From Pseudobdellovibrionaceae bacterium (GTDB lineage: Bacteria; Bdellovibrionota; Bdellovibrionia; Bdellovibrionales; Bdellovibrionaceae), in the NCBI GenBank assembly GCA_044359815.1, contig JBIKLL010000041.1, forward strand, positions 1 through 22,251: a stretch of DNA of 22,251 bases. Reading direction: 5' to 3'. The notes beneath the pieces are model-generated. The model was not told the origin of the DNA, did not search any database, and saw nothing but the letters and a program-made list of their open reading frames with translations. The translations under genes were made by a program, and so were the position numbers. Every line of letters begins with the position of its first letter. Within the stretch, counting starts at the first letter, position 1. Positions 8,297 to 15,240 of this stretch are shown here, one piece after another.

Positions 8297-9976
8297 ATGT
8301 CATTATCAGAAAAAAAGCCGTGGATTAAAAATTACCCAAAAAATGTTTCTACCGAAATTGATTTGAACCAGTACCAGAGCATAGCTTCAGTGATCAAAGA
8401 ATCTGTTTCAAAATTTAAGAACCAACCTGCTTTTTCTAATATGGATAAATCCATCAGCTTTCAAGAATTAGACAAGGCTTCAGATCAGTTTGCCGCCTTT
8501 TTGCAAAATGAATTAAAACTAAAAAAAGGCGACCGGATCGCAATCCAAATGCCTAATCTTTTGCAGTACCCAATTGCACTGTTTGGTTGCATTAAAGCCG
8601 GCCTGATTGTTGTGAACACTAACCCACTTTACACGGCCAAGGAAATGCGCCATCAATTTAAGGATTCAGGAGCCAAGGCCATCATCATCCTGGCCAATTT
8701 TGCCCACCTTCTTCAAGAAGTGATCAAAGACACGCAGATTGAATCAGTGGTGATCACCCAGGTCGGCGACATGATGAATTTTCCAAAAAACTTTATCGTT
8801 AACTCGGTTGTAAAATACATTAAAAAAATGGTTCCAGCTTACAACTTGAATCACTACACATTTAACCAAGCAATGATGTTAGGTGCGTCCACAGAATTTA
8901 AACCTGTCGATATGAATTTAAACGACATCGCATTTTTGCAATACACTGGCGGCACAACCGGTGTTTCAAAAGGTGCCGTGTTGACCCACAAAAACATTGT
9001 GGCCAATATGTTGCAGATTTGTGAATGGATGAAGGCCGAACTGATTGAGGGCAAAGAAATCGTCATTACAGCGCTTCCGATGTATCATATTTTTTCACTG
9101 ACGGTGAACTCGCTGGCCTTTATGAGATTTGGTGGTCACAATATCTTGATCACTAACCCCAAAGACATTCCTGGATTTTTAAAAGAACTGCAAAAATACC
9201 CATTCACTTTGATGACCGGCGTGAACACTCTGTATAATGCTTTAATGAATCACCCCAATTTTTCAAAGGTTGATTTTTCAAAGCTAAAACTGTCAGTGGC
9301 TGGTGCCATGGCCCTGCAAAAAACAGTGGCAGACAGATGGAAGCAAAAAACCAAATCCCCAATATTTGAAGGTTATGGTTTGACCGAGGCAAGCCCCGTT
9401 GTTTGTTGCAATCCGATTTCGGGTGGAGATTTAGTTGGCACCATTGGCATGCCACTGCCTTCAACTGCTGTAAAGTTGCTAGACGACAATGGCAATGAGG
9501 TTGGCCTGGGACAAGAAGGAGAACTGTGCGTACAGGGGCCTCAGGTTATGTCTGGTTACTATCAGCGTCCTGATGAAACAGAAAAAGTTTTTACAAATGG
9601 TTGGCTTAAAACTGGTGACGTCGCCGTGATGTTTGAAACTGGATTTTTTAAAATTGTGGACAGAAAAAAGGACATGATTTTAGTTTCTGGCTTTAATGTT
9701 TATCCAAACGAAGTAGAGGAAGTCATATCTTCTCATCCAGGAGTTTTAGAAGTCGCAGCTGTTGGTGTCCCTGATGAACATTCGGGCGAAATCGTTAAGG
9801 TTTTTGTTGTCAAAAAAGACCCCTCTTTAACCAAAGAAATGGTGATCAATCATGCCAAGACCGGCCTGACCGGTTATAAAATCCCAAAACAGGTAGAATT
9901 TCGTACAGAACTTCCCAAAACAAACGTAGGGAAGATCCTGCGCAGGGCTCTGAGGGATACTCCCAAGTCAGCCTAA
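8297..9976 (+). CDS. fadD: Long-chain-fatty-acid--CoA ligase
   Basis: AMP-binding motifs LQYTGGTTGVSKG, EGYGLTEASP, GWLKTGD, DRKKDMILVSGFNVYPNE, LPKTNVGKILRR; AGGAG RBS. Confidence 0.95.
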   Translation: MSLSEKKPWIKNYPKNVSTEIDLNQYQSIASVIKESVSKFKNQPAFSNMDKSISFQELDKASDQFAAFLQNELKLKKGDRIAIQMPNLLQYPIALFGCIKAGLIVVNTNPLYTAKEMRHQFKDSGAKAIIILANFAHLLQEVIKDTQIESVVITQVGDMMNFPKNFIVNSVVKYIKKMVPAYNLNHYTFNQAMMLGASTEFKPVDMNLNDIAFLQYTGGTTGVSKGAVLTHKNIVANMLQICEWMKAELIEGKEIVITALPMYHIFSLTVNSLAFMRFGGHNILITNPKDIPGFLKELQKYPFTLMTGVNTLYNALMNHPNFSKVDFSKLKLSVAGAMALQKTVADRWKQKTKSPIFEGYGLTEASPVVCCNPISGGDLVGTIGMPLPSTAVKLLDDNGNEVGLGQEGELCVQGPQVMSGYYQRPDETEKVFTNGWLKTGDVAVMFETGFFKIVDRKKDMILVSGFNVYPNEVEEVISSHPGVLEVAAVGVPDEHSGEIVKVFVVKKDPSLTKEMVINHAKTGLTGYKIPKQVEFRTELPKTNVGKILRRALRDTPKSA

Positions 9977-10109
9977 TTAGATTTAGCACTGTCAGGAAAT
10001 TGTTAGGACAGCGCGCGCAGCGCGAAATCTGTAATTGTCTGTTGTAACAACACTGAACTTAAGTTGAGATTAATAGTGAGCACTAGGTCGATGGCTGAAA
10101 TCAGGAGGG

Positions 10110-10994
10110 ATGATGACGGTCGAACGAGTTTTATTAAACCAGGCAATGATTGCTTTGTTAATAATGGTTTGCAATGTATCAAGCGCGTATTTTTCACCGC
10201 TGGATGACATCAGAAATTCAGTCTCGGACCAAATCAAAGATTACTATGTAATCGAAGAATCAAAAATAATTTCAGACGAATCAAATGGTCAATTTCAAGA
10301 TCCTTACTCAATGCTGACTTTGCAAGACCAACAACCCGCAGCTTCTGCAGTTGATTTGTTAAACTGGAAGTATGTTTCACGATCATTTTCGCAACCTGAA
10401 GAACATTACAATCGTAAAAAACATTTTGGTGGCTGGGTTAGCGATCCCAACGACAATTCTTGCTTTAACACCAGGGCTCAGGTTCTGGAAAGGGATTCTC
10501 AGACACCTGTGCAAACCAGTCCCACCAATCGTTGTTTGGTTGCAAAGGGTTCTTGGGAAGATCCCTATACTGGTGAAATCATCACCGAAGCCAGTGACAT
10601 ACAAATTGACCATGTGGTTCCGTTGAAACAGGCTTACATTACGGGTGGATTTGGTTGGAACAAACAAAAGCGTTGTCTGTATGGCAATTTCACTAAAACC
10701 AAATATCATTTGCTGTCGGTCAAGGGTCACGAAAACATGAAAAAATCCGACAAGACCCCTGCTGAATATTTGCCACCAAATAGTTCCTATGTTTGTGAAT
10801 ACATTCACAACTGGTTAAAAATCAAATTAGCATGGCGATTGGTATTGGGCTCTGAAGAAGGTCAAGCCATCAATAAGATCTTGAAAGACTATGACTGCAA
10901 TCCACGACAGATCAAAATTTCAGAGCGCGAATTGGCCACAGTCAGAGCTGCCGAAGACTCTTCTGGGATCTGCGGCGACAGCGATCAAAACTGA
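10110..10994 (+). CDS. Secreted HNH-family (DUF1524-type) endonuclease
   Basis: Motifs HFGGW, CFNTRAQVLERD, GSWEDPYTG, IDHVVPL, ENMKKSDKTPAEYLPP; hydrophobic N-terminus; AGGAGG at 10103-10108 (start may be 10113). Confidence 0.85.
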   Translation: MMTVERVLLNQAMIALLIMVCNVSSAYFSPLDDIRNSVSDQIKDYYVIEESKIISDESNGQFQDPYSMLTLQDQQPAASAVDLLNWKYVSRSFSQPEEHYNRKKHFGGWVSDPNDNSCFNTRAQVLERDSQTPVQTSPTNRCLVAKGSWEDPYTGEIITEASDIQIDHVVPLKQAYITGGFGWNKQKRCLYGNFTKTKYHLLSVKGHENMKKSDKTPAEYLPPNSSYVCEYIHNWLKIKLAWRLVLGSEEGQAINKILKDYDCNPRQIKISERELATVRAAEDSSGICGDSDQN

Positions 10995-10995
10995 T

Positions 10996-11502
10996 TTATC
11001 GACCGCAGTCTTGAACAGGTGGCTGAGACCTGAATTTGCTTTTGTAAAACCGATTCAGATCAGCCATATAATCCAGCAAAAATGTCCGCCAAATATTTAA
11101 TTGTGCATCCAGGTGCCTTTGATTTTTCAAAGGGTCTGAGCAAATATGCTCGGTCAATGTTAGCAGGCCAATGTTAAAATAACGTTCCAGCTTTGCTTTT
11201 ACATAAACTCCAAATTCATAATCAACAGTTCTGAGCAAATCCATCTGATTGACCACAAAAATTCTGGGTTCATAGCTTTTGTCCAACATTTGGCAAGCCG
11301 GGGCTTTACCCTGTGCTATCAAACTTTTTGCCTGAGTGACGTTGGTATAAACGTATCTGCTGGCGCACAACATATCCATGACGATGTATCGATCATCTTC
11401 GGTTTGTTGATTAAATATTTGATTCTGAGCATGGGCACTGACAGACAGTCCCACAATCACTGCCATCACTGCTGCTGCAATGGTCTTTGCATGCGTATTC
11501 AC
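10996..11502 (-). CDS. Hypothetical secreted protein
   Basis: GTG 11502 preceded by GGAGGGG; signal peptide MNTHAKTIAAAVMAVIVGLSVSAHA-Q. Confidence 0.75.
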   Translation of the reverse strand: MNTHAKTIAAAVMAVIVGLSVSAHAQNQIFNQQTEDDRYIVMDMLCASRYVYTNVTQAKSLIAQGKAPACQMLDKSYEPRIFVVNQMDLLRTVDYEFGVYVKAKLERYFNIGLLTLTEHICSDPLKNQRHLDAQLNIWRTFLLDYMADLNRFYKSKFRSQPPVQDCGR

Positions 11503-11610
11503 AAATCCCCTCCCTGTGAAATTCTGCAAAAGCCTAGCACTTGTGATCCCCACAAGTTCAGATAGAAATATTGATGGCATTTATAAGTCATTGGATAAAA
11601 TGAACTTAAA

Positions 11611-11829
11611 TTAAATTAAAAGCCTCTGTTTCAAATTTAAAATCTGAAAATATTTTTTAAATATAAACTTTAAATTTAATTTAAATAGGTTACGGCCTCC
11701 AGCCTCAGCCTCTCGGGCCAAGCCCCCGCCATCCATGGCTCCGCGGAGAACCTATTTAAACAAAATTTAAAGTTTATATTTAAAAAATATTTTCAGATTT
11801 TAAATTTGAAACAGAAGCTTTTAGTTTAA
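11611..11829. repeat. Long inverted repeat, 81-bp AT-rich arms (77/81) around a 57-bp GC-rich core
   Basis: Arm 11611-11691 is the reverse complement of 11749-11829 with 4 mismatches; core is 11692-11748. Confidence 0.97.
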
Positions 11830-11830
11830 A

Positions 11831-12646
11831 CTAGATGTCTGGGAGGCATTTTACCAGGTATTCCATATCGATGGGCCTAGAGACCGTCATTGTTCCCACA
11901 GGTTTTTGAAACTGATCCATCAAAACCTTGGATACTAGCTCTACCGGAATTAATTTTCCAGATTTGTGAACCATGTTGCTTTGAACCACTTTGTGAAATC
12001 CCTTATCAAAGATTTTTTTAAGACCGACTTCGGCTTGATTGTGGGCGTCTTTGGAATAAAGCTCAAAAATTGTTTTGCCAATTAAATCACCGTATTCGTA
12101 ACCCAGCACCAGATGCAAAACTTCGTTGGCCATTTGGATTTTCTTTTCGCCATTCACTGAATGCATCATAAACGGACTCTTGGCAAAAAAGCTCTCGTAT
12201 AAATACAGATTGGATTTCAATTCTTCATCTGGATTTGTACCCATCTGCCGATCAGATTTATTAATGGCTAAAAATGGCAACAGATCCTTGGCCGTGATAA
12301 ACCCAGTGATGGCACCTGCAGAATTGATTACAAAAACACGGTTGCCCATGGCGCTTAAAACCTTTTTCATAATTTCAGGAAACACTTCAGATTCCTGAAT
12401 CAATTGAAAGGGTTCAAATAATTCGCGGTATAAAATCAGGGTTTCGTTTCTGGGGTTTGCTTGAAATCGCAGATAAATCCGCATCAAGTTTGCTTCGGTC
12501 AGCACCCCGTGTATGCGTTCTTGGTCAGCCACCACAGCAGCAAATCCCAGTTTTGAAGTTCTCAGAAAGGCAATAGCCTCTTCAACCGAAGATTCATAGG
12601 GAATCACCGGAGCCCCAACGTGCATTATGTCTTTTGCAATGATCAT
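11831..12646 (-). CDS. CBS-pair + PAS domain protein
   Basis: N-terminal AKDIM...GVLTEANL...GFITAKDLL (CBS pair); C-terminal SPFMMHSVN...ANEVLHLVLGYEYGDLIGKTIFELY...HKSGKLIPVEL (PAS). Confidence 0.85.
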   Translation of the reverse strand: MIIAKDIMHVGAPVIPYESSVEEAIAFLRTSKLGFAAVVADQERIHGVLTEANLMRIYLRFQANPRNETLILYRELFEPFQLIQESEVFPEIMKKVLSAMGNRVFVINSAGAITGFITAKDLLPFLAINKSDRQMGTNPDEELKSNLYLYESFFAKSPFMMHSVNGEKKIQMANEVLHLVLGYEYGDLIGKTIFELYSKDAHNQAEVGLKKIFDKGFHKVVQSNMVHKSGKLIPVELVSKVLMDQFQKPVGTMTVSRPIDMEYLVKCLPDI

Positions 12647-12682
12647 AATTTATTTTCGTTAGGGCTTCGGTGCGCAGTCAAG

Positions 12683-13099
12683 CTATTGCTTTTTAATATT
12701 GATTTGTCTTGGTTTGACAGCTTCTGTTTTAGGTAAAACCACAGTCAATACTCCGTTTTTAAACTGAGCATCGATTTTATCCACATTGACCTCACGAGGC
12801 ATTGTAAAGCTGCGCTCAAATGTCCCATAAGATCTTTCGGTTCTGTGAAGACCTTTTGATTCGGTCTTTTTCTCAAACTTTCTTTCGCCAGAAATTTTTA
12901 AAACATCTTCTAGCACTTCCAGCTTGATGTCTTTTTCTTCCAGTCCTGGTAAATCCAAATGCAGCGTAAAATCCTTTTCCGATTCCTCGACGTCGACTGC
13001 TGGTAAAAAACCGGTTCGAGCCCTATCCCAGGCTTCTGGCGCCCAGCTGTTGTTTCCCCAAAATTTTTCTAGGTCGTTAAATAGTGTCAGTGATCTCAT
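12683..13099 (-). CDS. Small heat shock protein (Hsp20/alpha-crystallin family)
   Basis: Motifs PAVDVEE, DLPG, ISGERK, ERSYGTFERSF, AQFKNGVLTVVLPK; AAGGAGG RBS. Confidence 0.95.
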   Translation of the reverse strand: MRSLTLFNDLEKFWGNNSWAPEAWDRARTGFLPAVDVEESEKDFTLHLDLPGLEEKDIKLEVLEDVLKISGERKFEKKTESKGLHRTERSYGTFERSFTMPREVNVDKIDAQFKNGVLTVVLPKTEAVKPRQINIKKQ

Positions 13100-13249
13100 A
13101 ATGCCTCCTTTATTGGGCTTAAATTAATTAACCAGATGGGTATGTGGTTCGGACTAATGATCCAATCCAATTCTGCCGCCGTGACAGAGCCACCACTGGG
13201 TTTTGTTTATTTATTAAGCTTCTCGAGGCCTCGCATCGCTTACACCATC

Positions 13250-13277
13250 AAGATGTGTTGGGTTTGTTGTCTGTCAA
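13250..13277 (-). promoter_or_regulatory. Candidate sigma70-type promoter for hsp20
   Basis: TTGACA (13277-13272), 16-nt spacer, then CATCTT (13255-13250). Confidence 0.4.
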
Positions 13278-13361
13278 GTTTCGTAAACGCTGTGTTAAGG
13301 TCTCGAATATCTTGAAAATTTATTGGGTCTAGTGTTTTTTAGGGATTCTTTAATCAAAAGT

Positions 13362-13453
13362 GCCTCGGTGGCGAAATTGGTAGACGCACAGGACTTAAAA
13401 TCCTGGGCTTCGGTTAAACGGGCGTGCCAGTTCAAGTCTGGCCCGAGGCACCA
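13362..13453 (+). tRNA. tRNA-Leu(TAA)
   Basis: Acceptor GCCTCGG/CCGAGGC-A-CCA; D-arm GCG..TGGTAGA.CGC; anticodon arm CAGGA-CTTAAAA-TCCTG; long variable arm; T-arm GCCAG-TTCAAGT-CTGGC. Confidence 0.97.
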
Positions 13454-13608
13454 TTTTTGTTCTAGATAATTTATAAAAATACCTCTTCAAAAACTCAGAC
13501 ATGCGGTGCTCGGCGTGAGTCACGCCTGTCGAAGTGCCACTGGCACTTCGAACTGAACTCGTTTTTGAAAAGATATTTTTATAAATTATCTAGAATAAAA
13601 ATGGTGCC
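13447..13608. repeat. Inverted repeat, 48-bp arms (45/48) including the tRNA GGCACCA end, around a 66-bp GC-rich hairpin core
   Basis: 13447-13494 pairs with 13561-13608. The core contains GGCGTGA-G-TCACGCC (13512-13526) and TCGAAGTGCCA-C-TGGCACTTCGA (13529-13551). Confidence 0.95.
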
Positions 13609-13647
13609 CTGTGGTCCTGGCGCAGACCTGGCCAGCCACTGCTTTCT

Positions 13648-13749
13648 GTGCCAGTTCACAAAAAAAGCACGACGCTTTTTTTGCACGAACGTCAGTTCGC
13701 CCGAAGGGTGATGGGTAGGAACCCATCATCACACTGGCCCGAGGCACCA
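13648..13749 (+). repeat. Duplicated tRNA-Leu T-arm/3' end interrupted in the T-loop by a 75-nt palindromic insert
   Basis: GTGCCAGTTCA (13648-13658) equals tRNA 13424-13434; CTGGCCCGAGGCACCA (13734-13749) equals tRNA 13438-13453. Confidence 0.92.
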
Positions 13750-13778
13750 AAAATAAAAAGTAGTAAAATCTGGCAGCT

Positions 13779-15098
13779 TCAGCTCTTAAAGCCCTTTGCT
13801 TTATTTTTCGAATAATTCGACATTTTTTCCCAGTAACCTGAAATATCCAATTTGACCTCTAAACTTTTAAGGACTGAATAAACTCCTCCAAGCTTTCTGT
13901 GCAGAAATGCCAAACCATAGGGCGGTGGACTGAAAACCAGTAGTTCTGCCAAGTCTTTAGCAGCGTTGGCAGAATTGATGGCATGTTGAGGGTCAGAAAA
14001 ATCAAATTTTTGCTGTCCTGCCTTAGCCGTAAAAAATGGTTTAGTGGCAGTGGCTAAAACCTGCTGAAAAGCAAAAAAAGCTTCTTTTGATTCGCGCTTG
14101 TCCAAAAGTCCAAACTGGATAGCATGTTCCTTGAGTGCCTCTGAATCCCCATTGGCAGAAAGATGCAAAAGCAAAATATAATCGCGAATAAAATCTTGCG
14201 AATACCGGCGGGTAGCTCCAAAATCCAGTAATATTAATTCCAGTTTATCACCGATATCGCGCACCAAAAAATTAGCCCAGTTTGGATCGGTTTGAACCAG
14301 TCCCCAGTCGAAAAATTCATGAAAATACAAATCCAATATGGCATGAGCCATAGCATCGCGCTTTACTTGGCTGGGATTTGAACCTATCCAAGTTTTTAGC
14401 GTAGAGCCCTGTTCAAAAGTCATTGCCAGAACATGGGCGGTCGACAGCTCGTCAATCACTCTGGGAACATGAAAGTGAAATCCTGTGTCGGATCGAATCT
14501 TTTCAATGCGAGCCGAGTATTCAGTTTGAAGTTTAGCTTCGCTGAGATAATCGACTTCCTGACTCAGAACATTTCGAAATTCTTGAAACAAAGGGTCCAA
14601 ATTCATTTTTCGCCCTGTCATTTGGCAAAAAGACGAAGCTAAGATTTTTAGAATTTTCAAATCAGAATCGATAGAGTCCGCAACACCGGGATATTGAACT
14701 TTCAAAACAATGTCTTGATCGTTGTAACGCGCACGATGCACCTGACCGATGCTGGCGATGCCGATCGGAGAATTAGAAATTTCACTGAGCTTTTTAAAAT
14801 TCGAAGCGCCAAGTTGCTTTTTAACTATGCCTTGCATTTGGTCAAATGGCTGTGCTGTCGCCTGGTTTTGCAACTGACTCAAAATCTGAATGGCCTCGGG
14901 CGGAAAGTAATTATTCAAATCCAAACTCAAAAGCTGACCCGCCTTCATGGCCGCACCTTTTAATCGTGAAAGGCTGTTGGCAATTAATACGGCTTGTTCG
15001 ATTCGAGATTTCAAATCTCCGGATCGAAATTCCCTAATACCTACGCGGGCGGCAAGCCTTGCCAGTTCAATGGATCTGCCAAAAATTGATGATTTCAC
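13779..15098 (-). CDS. ABC1/AarF/UbiB-family atypical kinase (COQ8-like)
   Basis: Motifs LKGAAMKAGQLLS, ASIGQVHRA, LKVQYPG, QTDPNWANF, LLDFG; GGAGGTGG RBS before the GTG start. Confidence 0.92.
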   Translation of the reverse strand: MKSSIFGRSIELARLAARVGIREFRSGDLKSRIEQAVLIANSLSRLKGAAMKAGQLLSLDLNNYFPPEAIQILSQLQNQATAQPFDQMQGIVKKQLGASNFKKLSEISNSPIGIASIGQVHRARYNDQDIVLKVQYPGVADSIDSDLKILKILASSFCQMTGRKMNLDPLFQEFRNVLSQEVDYLSEAKLQTEYSARIEKIRSDTGFHFHVPRVIDELSTAHVLAMTFEQGSTLKTWIGSNPSQVKRDAMAHAILDLYFHEFFDWGLVQTDPNWANFLVRDIGDKLELILLDFGATRRYSQDFIRDYILLLHLSANGDSEALKEHAIQFGLLDKRESKEAFFAFQQVLATATKPFFTAKAGQQKFDFSDPQHAINSANAAKDLAELLVFSPPPYGLAFLHRKLGGVYSVLKSLEVKLDISGYWEKMSNYSKNKAKGFKS

Positions 15099-15187
15099 AG
15101 ATCCACCTCCCTATTAACATTCAACAGATCTTTGGTTCCTTTGATAGCGACAGTTTCTGATGCGCTCAATTTTTGTCTTTACTCTTC

Positions 15188-15215
15188 ATATAGTTAATAC
15201 TACTATGAACTATAT
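15188..15215. promoter_or_regulatory. Candidate operator palindrome between divergent ABC1-kinase and alkB-like genes
   Basis: ATATAGTTAATA-CTAC-TATGAACTATAT (11/12 dyad). Confidence 0.45.
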
Positions 15216-15240
15216 CAAAAGCAAAGTGTCGAGCCTTAAA

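Noticed and set aside
8187..8303. N-terminal extension of the 362 aa ORF
   Set aside because: It overlaps the fadD start and RBS; ATG 8186 gives a proper N-terminal membrane anchor.
10110..10994. HNH protein as Cas9/IscB, homing or restriction nuclease acting on the palindromes
   Set aside because: It has a signal-like N-terminus and DUF1524-type motifs, no RuvC motifs and no adjacent methylase, so it is more likely an exported nuclease.
11611..11829. CRISPR array or autonomous IS
   Set aside because: A single inverted pair with no direct repeat-spacer periodicity and no transposase ORF.
13144..13332. 62 aa ORF between hsp20 and the tRNA
   Set aside because: No RBS or motif; it lies in a divergent promoter region.
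13454..13733. Classical integrated prophage/island between attL and attR
   Set aside because: Only about 280 bp with no coding capacity, and the duplicate is interrupted rather than contiguous.
13648..13749. Second functional tRNA or intron-containing tRNA
   Set aside because: No 5' acceptor strand, D-arm or anticodon arm precedes it; the insert is too short for a group I/II intron.
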